Assembly: GCA_011109175.1 (NCBI GenBank)
Contig: RDEW01000037.1
Span: 9,650 to 73,649 of the forward strand
DNA: 64,000 nucleotides
Direction: 5' to 3'
Source of the DNA: Dicyema japonicum
Taxonomy: Eukaryota > Animalia > Dicyemida
This document shows, in pieces, positions 1 through 12,950 of the stretch (position 1 is its first letter; every line of letters begins with the position of its first letter). The translations under genes and the position numbers were made by a program. Below the pieces are notes generated by a model. That model worked only from the letters and a program-made list of their open reading frames with translations, was not told where the DNA came from and made no database searches.

Positions 1-14
1 TTTTTTTGTTTTTT

Positions 15-193
15 TGAGGGAACAAGGGACCGATCCTTCGACCTCTTCTATTTTCGACCATTTGCACGCTTAATCGCTTTATTGACTCAAAATAAATTTC
101 CCTGTTTTTTTGAGTGAACAAGGGACCGATCCTTCGACCTCTTCTATTTTCGACCCTTTGCACGCTGAGTGAACAAGGGACAGATCTTTCGAC
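15..193. repeat. Tandem 56-bp unit, about 2.5 copies; the first two copies are preceded by a T-run (A-tail on the minus strand)
   Basis: tgag(g/t)gaacaagggaccgatccttcgacctcttctattttcgacc(a/c)tttgcacgct at 15-70 and 111-166; partial copy at 166-193. Confidence 0.85.
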
Positions 194-344
194 GCAAAAC
201 TTAGTGCTTGTTTATGTTTTCAAATGATAAATTTGTCTTATCAACCCGGACAGTATCAACAGTCCGGATGCTATCACATACGACAATTAATAAATAAAAT
301 CGGTTCTAAAAAAGGAAGAGGAGACATTAGGGTGTTGTAGTAAT

Positions 345-1700
345 TTTCGGCCAGTTAAGAATTTTTCCATCTATAACATGATGTTCGGATGTAAATTTGA
401 ATTAAAGATATTTTTTGTTAGGAATGTCCTCGAAATAGAGTCAAAGGCTTTCTGTATATCGATAGACACCAGAACCGTCCTTAAGTGCGTCTTCATGTTA
501 AAGCCGTCTGTGATGAACTGAGAGACAGATCCCAAATGCGTTATTGTAGAACGTCCTTTTCTGAAACCATGTTGAAAATCGGGAAATTGTATACCAGGAG
601 AGATTAACATTAATACAAGCTTCTCCAACACTTTTGACAAGGCGCAAATTACGGAGACAGGGTGGTAAGAGGAATGTTTTTTGATTTAGGCTTGAGAATT
701 TGTGCAGTCAGTAAATTCTTTTATATATTTGGTATTTTTTATTAAAAATGATAAGGACAAAACATTAGTTTGGTATTTTATGGGATTTTATACAATAGTT
801 GTATAGCCTCGATAACACGATATATGCCTGAGGTCATAGGTTTTTGAGGTGAATAGCACAGACACCGCAATAGGCTCGGATGGGTCGTATAAATTTGATA
901 GTTTTTTTCACATTATAGGGAGTAAAGAATGCAGTATATGGCTTCTGTTGTGGACCACATCGCTATATGCAGAGAGCGAGAGAAATTCTTGTGTCTGATC
1001 GACACATGATATTTCATAAGAGATTTTTAAAGTTTACGTGCAGGTTCCGAGGCAATTGGGGTAACGACTTCACTCCGCCGCCATCTTCCATATAAGACTG
1101 TTGATATTTCTGTCTTCAAGAATGTGGCACAAAAGTTTTTTATGGCATAGTCGACTAACAAAACAGCTCCACTTATGTCTGTGGTTAGCACGGACTAGTT
1201 GAGAAATAGAGTGCGTATGGTCTATGTATAGTCATTTGCTTGTAACTGAGTTTTCTTCAGGGCATCCCTTTTCTCGATAAGTGCCAAGACGTGGAAAATT
1301 CTTGTAAGATGATAAAGGGATGAGCATTTTGTCAGCTTTCAGAATAACTGAAGTTAATATCTAAGGTTCACAGAATGTTCACATAATCTTATTTGGTTTT
1401 CCCTTAAATGAATCACATAGTACATCACAATTCCCTATTTCCATTAGGTTATCTGTATGCACTATTCACCGGACAGGGGGTGATGGACGTTGAGAATACT
1501 TTGGAAAACTATAACATTGAATGTAGTCATTGTCTGTTAAATTTGATGATGGAGGAAATAAGTCAGGAATTAGAATAAGTTATATGAACTTTCTCGATGA
1601 CAACTGCACATTGACGGACTCAAATATTTCTATCAATGCAAATACCAGAAATGACATAGTCGTTATAAACGAATAAAAATCAAATGTGCAAAACTTTAAA
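345..1700 (-). mobile_element. Degenerate Jockey/I-like LINE fragment (APE remnant plus 5' part of RT)
   Basis: ORF 371..640 has RT motifs QHGFRKGRST and VSIDIQKAFDSI; APE-like remnants near 1480-1570; boundaries approximate. Confidence 0.75.
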
Positions 1701-2699
1701 CTTTTGTAACGTTACATTTGTACTGCCAAAACATGAGAACTCAAATTGATATGTCGATTGAAGCATGCCATGCTTGGGTCAAAATCTCTGAATACATGTT
1801 ATGAAAAGATTAAAAAGTTCTTTTTCACAAGCTGAGATGACACCACCGTTGGAGATTTAAACTCAAGAGAACAGCTTTATTAACTCAACCAATATGGATG
1901 TTTGTAAAAAAATTAATAATATAGGATATATAAAGTCATTACTTTTTGGGTTGTTTGAAATATCCAATTATTTTACAATATTGAGACGACCACTGAATAC
2001 TATGTGGAGATTGGTGATGTTTTCCCTGAGTTATTATATTCCTTTTCATTTGGTTTATATGATAGGAAAATAACTATAACAATATTAATTATTTGCATGT
2101 CAATAACCTTTTAAATAACTATTTGGAACGCTCTACCAGGGAAGTTTGCATTTCAGCAATGACAGTGATTACGTATTATATCAAATGGAAAATCACAGAG
2201 AAAATTATAAAAAATGATAGAGGAAAGAAACTTTCTGACCCGGAATCAGTTTTGAATGTTATCGTCTCAGAGAATTATCTAGATGCTGGATCGACTATAA
2301 AGTTTTCCCTCCCGATAAGATCCGACGGGAAGTTGACTGAAAGAAAGAATAGCATACTTTCGTATAAAAAGCTGTGACCTGCCTTAGTATGTCCAGACCA
2401 TTTCAATAGTCCCTTATCTTTAATAGATGTGCCATTGAGTTTCACGGTCGTCATGGCTTCTGAACGAGGCAATACGTCCGAGTTTCTTGAGGAAGATCAT
2501 ATACTGCTTATCGCTCCGGTTGTCTTTACAGCAATCATCGGTGGAGGAGTCCTCTATACTTCTTTACTTTAGCTCTCTCTGCTTCTCTGTAGCGGAAAGT
2601 GCCGAAAGAGGGACAGAGTCAACACATGTTATATATCGAACTAACGGTTTCCCCTTTGAACGGAAATATATGAATTGTATTTTTTTGCAATTTATTTTT

Positions 2700-3030
2700 T
2701 ATTATCGAATCAGTAAATTTAAACAATAGAAGTCAGGTAGTTGCCGCCCTCACTGCGTGGCTGTTTCCTCTCAAAATTGCGAGCGAAATTCACGGAGATC
2801 ACTAGTGCATGAGGTGATCCGGTTTCCAAGACGTCCGAAAAACTCGAGTGTAGAGGGGGAGTAGGATCTGGAAGTCTCCATAGCAAGGGGAACAAATTTG
2901 ACATCATCGGGAAGGTCGACGTATTTAACGAGTTTGGCCTTCTCCGCCTTTACGGATGCTGAACAGGCCCTTGTAGCACTCTCGTGAAGATTTTTCAGGG
3001 CGAACGTGTCTGTACATGTCACATCCCAAA
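2700..3030 (-). mobile_element. 3' fragment of a CRE-like REL retrotransposon with A-rich tail
   Basis: ORF 2771..3022 (DTFA...A..KAEKAK..KY...FVPLAMET) matches the C-terminal endonuclease region of CRE-type elements; T-rich tract at 2679-2705. Confidence 0.7.
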
Positions 3031-4199
3031 CCAGTGGTTTCCCGGCCTCAAATGGAAATATGAATTGTATTGAAGAATAATATAGTTTGAGAAGATTAAA
3101 TTATTAAGCCAATAAATAAGAATTATCAGATTACTCTTTACAAGTTATTTACACCTTAAGATTTAAAGAAGACATTAAAATAATGAAAAAGGTTTTTCAA
3201 GCGTATTTGGAGACTATGTATGATGAAATAGTATCTGTAATAATATATATGAAGGATTAAGAAGATTATCTGCCTGGAAGCGAAAAGACCGGTAGTTAAA
3301 CTGAATAAGACAAATCTATGACTTAAATGAATGTCGAGTTATTAAAGAACAGATTGATGGATTCAGAAAGAAGCCAAATATCCATGAATCATAAGAATCT
3401 GAAATAATATTATGGAGAGAAAGTGCATGTGAAACATCTAAGGCATTAGTGTAGGACTCAGATAAAAATACTCCTTAGATATATCTCTTAAATTAAATTT
3501 CGATGTCGATCACCTTCCTCGTTATGTCCCACATAGCAACTAAATGATTCAAGATTCTTTTTCTACGGGATCTTCTCTTCAACGAGATCCTTGCAGTGTA
3601 TGGTTATATTGCTTCACTTATTCCATGCATTACAAGCGTAAATTATGACGTCTCTTATAATTATTTCTTTGCTTCAAATGAACCTTTTCTATTTTTGGTA
3701 AAAATGTGTATTTATTAAAATGTGATTTTAAATACCTTAGTACAGTCCGATCCCGTTTCGGGGCATTTTTCATTTGGAGTCTATTTTCCAGCATTAATTT
3801 CCAAATTTGGAAATTAAGAAAGTAGGAAAGTGTTGAACAGTTTCGAATTCATTCATGCTTTTTGGAATTGTCGACACTAATTCTTCATTGTTGAAAGCCT
3901 TGAAACATTTTTTTATTTGTATTTTCAATAATAAATGAGTTTAAATTGGCAGTTCAGGTCATATTTGAGCATATCATAGTAAATATCTGTCTTGAATAGT
4001 TTTTGAATTCTTTTTGCAGACGCTCTTGCATAGAAGCGTTTTATAAATATTCTAGCCCAATCGCCATTATAAACATTTTCTTCATTTGAAAAGTTACCAG
4101 TCGATGAATCTCCATGGAGTTTTTACAATTTTAGTCCATTTCTTTTTAGATTTTCCACGGCTTGCTTTAATATTATATTCCCTTTTCTAGAATCTTTCA

Positions 4200-4750
4200 A
4201 TAGTGTCCAAAAGGGAGAATTTTTTTCAAATTTACGAGCATTCTCCTGGTAGGCAAGAATCTCCTTTCCGAGGGGGTTTCCAGAAGACCTCTCCATTTTA
4301 GGAAGTTGTGTTTTCTGTCTGCGAGTATGACATTTATTGTATTCCTAAAGGATGTGGTAGATGTAATTATCTTATTTTAAGTAGGATTCGCAGGCACTGG
4401 TAAGAGTGTAATCCACGCCACACATGCATATTCGATTGTTGGTAGGATATATTGTTTGTATAATAATCCAAGGTGAGGAGAGAGGATATTGGGATCTAGC
4501 AAAGGTCTTGAAATCTTCGTGAAACTAATGTCTTCATGTGATGTGTGAACGTCATCAGAGGTTCGAATGTGATTCCAAAGATTGAGGGGTTCTTAAATAA
4601 GATAAGTTCTTCATTCCAAGTTAATTTAGGATCTAGCGACGTATGTTTCGTGTAGGAAGAGATAAACGACTTGCTTTAAACTTATATAACACGATTGCAT
4701 AACGTTTTCGAGAACATTCTGTCTTGGATAAAATAACAATATTGTTAATC
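4200..4750 (-). mobile_element. Decayed LINE RT C-terminal remnant ending at the hAT insertion
   Basis: Minus-strand peptides PTIEYACVAW (about 4400-4445) and NPSIFGITF (about 4565-4595) resemble the RT C-termini of other LINEs in this window. Confidence 0.5.
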
Positions 4751-4961
4751 ATTGCTAGGGCGAACTAAGTTTAAAAAGTTAAAATTTAATAATAGTAAAT
4801 AAATAATCATTAAAATGATTTTTAACTATATTTTATTATAAATAAATATATATTAAACAAAATTATTAGGTAAAAAAGTTAAATTTAAAATTTAAGTTAA
4901 AATTTAAGTTAAAATTATTTTAACCTTAAAGCAATAAATACTTTTACTCAACTTATTAAAC

Positions 4962-5402
4962 ATGCAACGTGCTTTCGATTCGGTGGCGTTAAACCTCTCT
5001 CGAGTTGTCAAAAATGTTGAAAGGAAAAAAGGAGAAGGGTCACTTGCGTTACCTGATGGTATGAATGTAATTCATGCCATATCCGAGAACGTTGTGACAG
5101 ATGATCCAAAAGAATGGGCGAGGCAGGTAGTCCTGCAGGTACGTAGCAGGCTATCTCGAATGCCCTGGAATGGTTGGCCATACTTGGCGGAGCTCTGCAG
5201 TGGCAGATTCAGTACTGCTATATCTGTGAGTGAACTCAAGAAGATGGCTGTAGGCAAAGAGGGTACTGGTCTAAAGGGGCGGGGACCAGGTGACCACAAC
5301 TGTCAAAGAGAGCACGAGCACCAGAGCTGTGATACGTTGCAGCTCAAGCATGTTTATGAGGTTTTCGCGCGGAATCTCGCTGCAGCGGCAGATGTCCGTA
5401 TT
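4962..5402 (+). mobile_element. N-terminal segment of an R4/Dong-like retrotransposon ORF, inside the hAT element
   Basis: WARQVVLQVRSRLSRMPWNGW matches the N-terminal motif in ORFs 26136..26324 and 28892..29161. Confidence 0.6.
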
Positions 5403-5799
5403 TGATCCAGATTGTTGGTAATCCCTCTTCTCTTAGAATAAGAGTGTGCCATAACCTCCCTGTTACTCCGCATCTTTACATCAGATTCAGTCAAAATATC
5501 TCCGTTAGAGTCCAGTGGGCTGTCCTCACGGCATGCCAGTTCCACAAGTTGTGAGGTAGTAAAGGCGTACTCTTCATCGTATACCTTCATCTCATGCTTA
5601 TGTTCAATGAGCATACTTTCGAGCGTTCTCTTCAGCACAACCGATTGGATGTAAGTCCTTGTTGATTCTTCAATAGATAATTTATCCATATGATTCTTGA
5701 AGCATCTTGAGACAACTCCATCCCATGTCAAAACCACTGGAATAATCTTCACTTGGCATTCATAGAGCAGCGAAAGTTCATTTGCTAGCAAGTCATATA
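5403..5799 (-). mobile_element. C-terminal fragment of an R4/Dong-like element, near-identical to about 23001-23392
   Basis: YDLLANELSLLYECQVKIIPVVLTWDG...GITNNLD; nucleotide match to the 22994..23884 ORF end, lacking the 3' UTR. Confidence 0.9.
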
Positions 5800-7599
5800 A
5801 CAAAACATCAAAATTCAATGAGTTTTGCGAAATAACGATTATTTCTTGTAGATTATCTGACCGAATCGCACCAAACACACATTGACCGATATTCCAAAAA
5901 TGATGATTGGGTTCTACAAGTAACCAGAGCATTCATAAAATCTGATATTCCACTAAACAAACTATCTATGCCGTGGCTTAGAGAATTGTTTTACGGAGGC
6001 ACTGTACGAGTTCCCTCACCATCAAAAGCTAGAAGCTGTGTGGATCAAATCATAATGGATCAATAATTGTTAATTCAACAAAAACTTGTGTATAAAAATT
6101 TACTTTATTTTGTAGCAATCAAAAAGTTTTTCCTATTACGGATGAAACAAAAATCCGGGGCCAAAGATACGTTACTGTGATGATTGGATCGTTAAATTCT
6201 CCTGAAACAACATATCTGATATCGTTTAAGGCGATAGAATCTGCTCCTAACAAGAACATCATTACTCAGTCGACGATGCACTTGGAAATAATTTGGTTCA
6301 AAGGGAAAATTTCCTTTTGTTATTTTCGGATGCTGCAAATTATATGAAATCAAGTAAAATTTTATGTTTTAGCTGGCAAAATACTTAAAAATCTTTACCC
6401 CAAGTTATTCCATGTCACATGTGCCTCTATTACACAATTGTTGTGAGAAAATAAGAGACTCTTATCTGGAAATTGATTTGATGATAGCTACTGTACAAGC
6501 AACAATTAACAAAAACAATAGAAGAAAACTAATATTCAAAAACAGAAACATCGCCATTCCACCTCGAGTGCACTTGACAAGATGGGGGACCTGGCTTAAG
6601 GCCGCTACACACTATTCAGAATATCTGATCGGAGTTCAAAATATTTTTGAATCATTCACGGATGATGGATATCTAGTTTGAACAGCTAAAGAAAATCTTA
6701 AAAACCACGTGTTAGTTAGCAGTCTATGTGATTTTATCCGAAGCTATTCAAACATTCCAGGTTTCCGAATAATGTAGCTATTGCAGATATTATTAAAAAA
6801 TTTGAAAGACACGCTTCACAACTGAACAAACATATGATAGTTTAGAATCGTTGGAATTTGGAAATGACAACAAATTTATTAAAGAATACAAAAATAAAAG
6901 GCTTCAAAACAATGATATTTCAGATATAATGAAAATGAATAATTCACATATATCTTCTGCCGACTATTCATTACTCCTGAATTGTCAGCCTACTTCGTGC
7001 TCGATTGAACAATGTTTCTCTGAGATTAAGAATTTTATAAAATCCAACAGACATTTTCTTCCAGGAAATTTAGAAAATTATGTAATTTGTATGTGTAACA
7101 AAAAATTTTAGTGTTTTTATTGTTTAGTTATAAAGTTAAATTTTTGGGTTAATTTTTTTAGTTTTTAGGTTAATAAAGTTAATTTTTTAGGTTAAAATAT
7201 TTATTTTTTAGGTTAAAAAAAATTCGCCCTAATCATTGCTCTTCAGCTTTCCATGTATTCAACAATTACTGTACATTTATTTTACAGGTGGGCTGTAGTT
7301 TGATGATCTGATTTATTCGGAAATGAATTTAAGTGCGGTTATTTCAGATAAGATAATTGGTTTTGAAAATATTACAAATTAATGGTTAAACTATTCTAAT
7401 ACAACCCTATAATCGTAGTTGACTATAAAGATGTTTATTGAACTTTAGATACCAATGATGTGAACTTTATATAAAACATAATGGTTTCCACTCATAAAAA
7501 ATAATCTCTTCAAAAAGTCAGAGGAACATTAGCTGCAACTAACATGCTTAATTAAATTTAATACCTTTTTATGTTTTTCGATTATTCGTTACAAAGCAT

Positions 7600-10500
7600 T
7601 TGCAACTCGAAACAATAATCTTTCCACTTTTGTTTGCTCAGTATCAGAACACGAACCCAGTCAAGATCCTCACCATCTCTGAGGCATCCCTAAATCATTT
7701 GAATTTTTCATGGTTACATTGGCAAAACTCAACAAAAGTTGCCATCTCGTCTCTAATATTTCCCCAGGAACTGCGAAAAAGCCACTGAAAATCTGAGACA
7801 ACGCTGGTCATTATTTACAAAACCCAGATGATAAAGCAAACCATATTGCCAAACACTTCGAGGCACAATTTAATTCAGTTGGGGTGAGAATATACCTAAA
7901 TTTATTGGAAATCCAAGAGCTCTTGCAAAAGAAATTACAATAAAGGAACTAACAAATATATTCATGCACCTAAAAGGCAATCGTTCAGCTGGCTAAGATG
8001 GGATTCCGGGCGAGTTACTAAAACATGCTCCGGTTATTGTTGGGAATATAATCACGGATATATTAAACGAGTCGATGGAACTTCACTGTTCACTTCTATA
8101 GGACATGGAGTCTTAATTCCGATACACAAACTTGGGAAAAAAGAGGGATCGGTGGATGGATTAAGCCTATTATTCTACTGTCAACTATCAGGAAGACATT
8201 ATCGATCATAGTGCTTAACCGTATACGAGAGCCAGTGGAAAAATACCTTTCCCAAAGTCAAAGTGGGTTTAGAAGTGGAAGGTCTACCTCAGATATCGTG
8301 TGGAATCATCGATGGCTTACATCAATATGTCAAAACTACAGAAAGTCATCTACATCCTATGATTTAGTTAGTTAGTTAAGAGCTCTTTCGCGTGGCCCTA
8401 AAAGGGGTTCGCTTGAGCCATGTTTTGCAGCCATCCTCCTCGCCATCCTCGCCCACGCCATCTTGTTCCTGGCCCTCATTCGAACATCATCCAGATCGTC
8501 CGCTGTCACCAATTTACGACTATTTTGTTCGTAGTCATCTTTTAAGCAGGTTGGAAGTGTGTCTCTTGGTCTGCCTCGAAATCCGCGACTTCCGGCGTAG
8601 TAGAAATATTCTTCCAATATTCTGTTACATGGCGTAGTCGGGTCCAGTCTGAGGATATGTCCAAATAGTCGCCATCTCGATAAAATAACATCGGTGCTGA
8701 GTGGTCTGGATTTACATTGTGAATATAGATTTTCATTAGAGATTTTTCTCGGCCAGAAAAATTCTAATCTACATGCGGAGTTGGTTCCTGTGAAAAGTAT
8801 CTAGCTTCTCTAAATCAATTTTAGAACATGCCCATGTTTCGGAATTGTATAGCAAAATTGGTTTAACAAACGTATAGTCTGATACGAAGTTTCAGTGATA
8901 CATGTTTTTTCCTTATCCAAATTTGGTACATTTTTTGAAGTATATGGTAGCCAGCATTTTCCTTCGACAAATATCCTCAGCATCACCTAGCAGTGAGCCG
9001 AGTTTTTTGGTATGTCTCCAGCACTCATCGTTCCTTGATTCTGCTCGTTCGACTCGTGTATAATCAGTTTTTTTAATGTTTATGCGTAAATCCCAATTCT
9101 TAAAAATACGTTCGGCTTGAAGTAAAATTTGGTCAAGTATTTCTTGGTCGGTAGACACAAAGTCTACATCATCCGCATAAATTAACTCTGTTATGTCCCG
9201 GTATTTAGGACCCATGACATTTCTCAATTCCTTGAGTGCAGCTTCGAGGTAAACAATAAATATAATTGGGGACAAGGAATCTCCTTGTGGAGTGCCCATG
9301 TTGGTACTGAAACTCTTCGAATGCTTTGTTCCTATTCTCACGGATAGGTCAGTTTCGGAAAGTAATAAACTTATTAGTCTCAGGCAGTCCTCGTCAAGCA
9401 GTTCCTTTAGAACAATCATGAGTTTTTCTCTATTGATGCTGTCAAAAGCCTTCGTTAGATCAATTCCTAAGATGTAGATTACTTTCGTGTATTTTTGACA
9501 TATTGATGTGAGCCATCGATGACTCCACACAATATCTGAGGTTGATCTTCCACTTCTAAACCCACTTTGACTTAGGGAAAGGTATTTTTCCACTGGCTAT
9601 CATATACGGTTAAGCACTATGATCGATAAGGTTTTCCTGATAACTGACAATAAAATAATAGGTCTTAGTCCGTCCAACGACCTTTCTTTTTTCCCAGGTT
9701 TATGTATTGGAATTAAGACTCCATGTCCCAAAGGAAGTGGACAGTGAAGTTCCATCGACTCATTTAAGATATTCGTGATTATACACATTTATTAGAATTT
9801 GAACTTCCCAGTTTCGAACGTATTTCTTTCTGCTGCTCAGACAATTCTCGAATTAAGGGGTCATGAATCATTCGTCTATTTTGGTCTTTTTCCTGGTATC
9901 TAACAGTCTCTATCGCCGACAGTTTTAGAATATCCAAAATCTTCCCGAGGTCAGTCGAGGGGGTGCCACTGGGTTCAACTCACGTAAACGTTTAGAGACA
10001 TTTTGTTGGTATCTCTTTTGCCAAGTGTCAAAAGTCAACATTTCCACAGCCAAACGTCTATTTAGAGGTGTGCTTTTCCTCTTGACTGCCTCAATTCCGT
10101 AGTATCGTTTGAGATTTAATCTGGCCACCGTTAGCTTATGGTCACTGTCAGTAGTGGTTCTTCCATAACTCCTAGAGTCAGACAGAAGTCTCTTCAAGGA
10201 GATAGACCAGATAATGTAGTCTATTTGGTTGAATATGCACGTGTGTTCGTCTTTGGATTTTCTTATGCCAACCCAGGTAGTTCTATGTTTTGCTGGGTGT
10301 TTAAAAGTGGTATTGCATAGATACAGATTTGATGAATTACAAAAATCCAAGAGTGAGTGTCCAGTAGAGATTACGATACCCTCTGCCATATTTTCCCATA
10401 CAGACTTCGTCGTTCCTTCTCATGCCAGCCTTGGCATCCTAGTCACCACAGATAAATATAAGTGCAGATCGATGAACTCGCATATATGTATTCGATAGGA

Positions 10501-12010
10501 TTTGATAAAACTCATCCAACTCATCCATATTTTTGGAAACTCTGCCCATGTGTGGGGCATATACATTGATAACAGTCAGCATAGTATTGTTTGTAGATGA
10601 TAACACAATTGCATAACGGCAACACGATCACTGACTGTCCATACTTTATGCAAGCAGTTCACTAGGTTCCAGTTAATTGCAAAACCAAGACCGTAATGTC
10701 GATTTTCTGATGGGAGTAGAAGAATCCGGTAGTTACCAATGGTTTCATCGGATCCTAGGGCGTTTTTTGTTTCCTGTATGCAGCAAATGTCGATTTTGTA
10801 ACGGGACAGATCTTCGGATAATAGTTCCCTCTTGATCAGAGATGAAAGGCCACGAACATTGTATGTGGCGATGGAAAACAAGGATTTTGCATTTAGACAT
10901 GATAAAGACATGAATTTTTCTAGAGAAGAAAAACAGAAGCACGTCACCACTTCAACCAAAAAGATTTAGAGAAGGTTTTTGACAGCATCAACAGAGAAAA
11001 CCTTATGGGTATTACAGCTTGACGAGGACTTCCTGAGACTAATAAGTCTATAACTTTCTGAAACTGATCAATCCGTGAGAATAAGAACTAAGCATTCAAA
11101 GAGTTTCAGTACCAACATGGGGACCCGACAAGGAGATTCCTTATCTCCAATTCTATTCATCACATACCTCGAAGCTGCCCTCAAGGAGCTGAGAAAAAAT
11201 GGGATCTAATTACGAAAATATAATTGAATTGTTATACGCAGATGATGGAGACTTTGTGTGTGGTGACCAGAAAAGCCCACGTGACCAAATTTTAGTCCAA
11301 GCCGAAATTATTTTAAATAAATGGGATCTGCGCATAAATATTACAAAAACGGACTACACACGAATCTAACGAGCCAACTCAAGAAATGACGAACTCTGGA
11401 GACATGCAAAAAAACTCAGCTCACTACTAGGTGACGCCGAGGATATTTGTCAAAGGAAAATGCTGGCCACCATATACTTCAAAAAAATGTACAACATCTG
11501 GATAAGAAATACTGAAATTTCGTGTCAGACTATTCGACACGTTTATCAAGCCAATACTGATATACAATTCCGGAACATGGAGAACCTCAAAAAACGATTT
11601 AGAGAGGCTAGATATTTTCCACAGAAGCCAACTGAGCTTATTGACTGTAATCTTCTGGTCGATAAAAATCTCAAACGAGAAACTATATGCTCTATGTAAA
11701 TCTACACCAATTAGCATGGACGCCATTCTATCAAGATGGCAACTATTTGGACATATTCTTAGACTGGACCTGACTACGCTGTGTAACGGAATAATGAAGA
11801 ATATTTCTACTACGCCGCAGACCAAGAAATACACTTCCAATTTGCTTAAATGATGATTACGAAACAAGCGGTCGTAAATTGGTGACAACAGACGACCTGG
11901 ATGATTTTCGAATGAGGGCCAGAAACAAGATGGCGAGGAGGATGGCTTTAAAGCATGGCTCAAATGAAACCCTTTTAGTGCTACGCGAAGAAGCTTTCAA
12001 CTAACTAACT
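7600..12010 (+). mobile_element. RTE-like LINE (RT to 3' end, CTAA tail), split by the insertion at 8368-10962
   Basis: RT reads KVIYIL..DL at about 8340-8367 and resumes DLEKVFDSINRE at 10963; GTRQGDSLSP, YADD, WQLFGHILR; tail caactaactaact near 11998-12010; 5' boundary approximate. Confidence 0.8.
8368..10962 (-). mobile_element. RTE-like LINE with APE and RT, internally deleted, inserted antisense into a related copy
   Basis: APE IATYNVRGL, ICCIQET, QIDYI, DSDH; RT ORF 8913..9593 with GTPQGDSLSP and YADD; RGRPRDTLP; 7-bp TSD gatttag (8361-8367, 10963-10969). Confidence 0.9.
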
Positions 12011-12269
12011 ATTTTCCCAAAAATTGTGGTGCTTACCGTCCATTCGTAAATCTTAACTGACGACATCCTACTGTGATTCCAGGGAGTATGGATTGTCAGA
12101 GCTGGTCTCTTTCAGTACTTGTCTTGTGCATGCTCAGGAACCAAGGTCGTATGATAATTCAATTCTTTATTCCAAGGTCACTTAAACCGAAAAAAACAAA
12201 GTAACTGAACCCGACAAATTTTATCCAGGCTCTCAGTTTGGCAGGGTGGTCCTCCCTCGAACTTACATA

Positions 12270-12680
12270 ATTTATTATTAACCCCAAAGTTAACAGTAAA
12301 AACTAATTAAGTGTATCCAGTTCACATTGTTACAGAAACAGAGTCCATCGATGTCATACATCCAGAACCATTCCTTACAGTAGGGGAAAACCCTCCAGTG
12401 GAGGAAAACAAATGATCATTTTTTGCATTAACCTGGCATTGGAGGCCACCTGAGACAGGTGGATCACATGACGTCACTCTAGTAGGAAAGGGAAGAGGAG
12501 GAACAAACAAAAAACAGAACCGAACCTTTAACCAGAACCTTCTGTTGGATCTTCGAGGACCCCGAACCCCGAAAACCGGGATCACTTAGTTAGTAGTTAA
12601 CTTTTAACATTTTCTAATCCGGTGATCTTTGGGTAAAAAAACCTTCAACCAATTAGCCACATTCAACCAACGGCGAATTT
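12270..12680 (-). mobile_element. SINE family B copy interrupted by a short LINE 3' tail
   Basis: Reverse complement aligns with 35306-35642 and 61575-61885 (polypyrimidine tract, catgtgatccacctgtct core, ctccactggaggg, tggatacacttaattag, ggggttaataa); head resumes at 12647-12680. Confidence 0.75.
12543..12639 (+). mobile_element. About 97-bp 5'-truncated Jockey/I-like LINE tail
   Basis: Matches LINE 3' ends at about 53490-53600 (minus) and 59281-59378; flanked by aaccttc at 12536-12542 and 12640-12646. Confidence 0.75.
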
Positions 12681-12849
12681 GGTTAGCTTATCTTATTAAT
12701 TTTCTTAACGAAAAATTTATTTTTAAACATATTTTTTTGAAATTATAAAATTAAATTCGAGTTTTTTAATAAAATATAAATTGTAGTTTAAATAAGAAGG
12801 TATCATTGTTCAATTAAATTTAATTAATAAAGTCAAATTATAAATAATT

Positions 12850-12950
12850 AGGACGACAGAATGGCAAAGGCGTTGCCTCTGATAATCGCCATTTCGAGCC
12901 TCTGCCTCAACCAGAGTCCCTCCCGTGGTGTGAGCCGAGGTATTATTGTA
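12850..12950 (-). mobile_element. Extreme 3' fragment of a CRE-like element
   Basis: Minus strand encodes EGLWLRQRLEMAIIRGNAFAILSS*, homologous to the plus-strand C-terminus near 33620-33710. Confidence 0.7.

Larger units (their letters stand above)
4756..7231 (+). mobile_element. hAT-superfamily DNA transposon with a disrupted DUF659-type transposase and retroelement fragments inside
   Basis: TIR tagggcgaa (4756-4764) / ttcgcccta (7223-7231); perfect 8-bp TSD atcattgc (4748-4755, 7232-7239); AT-rich subterminal repeats; transposase pieces RAFIKSDIPLNKL, LKNLYPKLFHVTC, TRWGTWLKAA, SCSIEQCFS (about 5800-7111). Confidence 0.9.

Noticed and set aside
1720-2377. Additional host gene around ORF 2093..2377
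   Set aside because: No recognisable motif and no consistent exon chain could be built; left unannotated
12861-12945. Small secreted protein or snRNA in a GC-rich island
   Set aside because: The minus strand encodes the CRE-type C-terminal motif LRQRL..AI.RGNA
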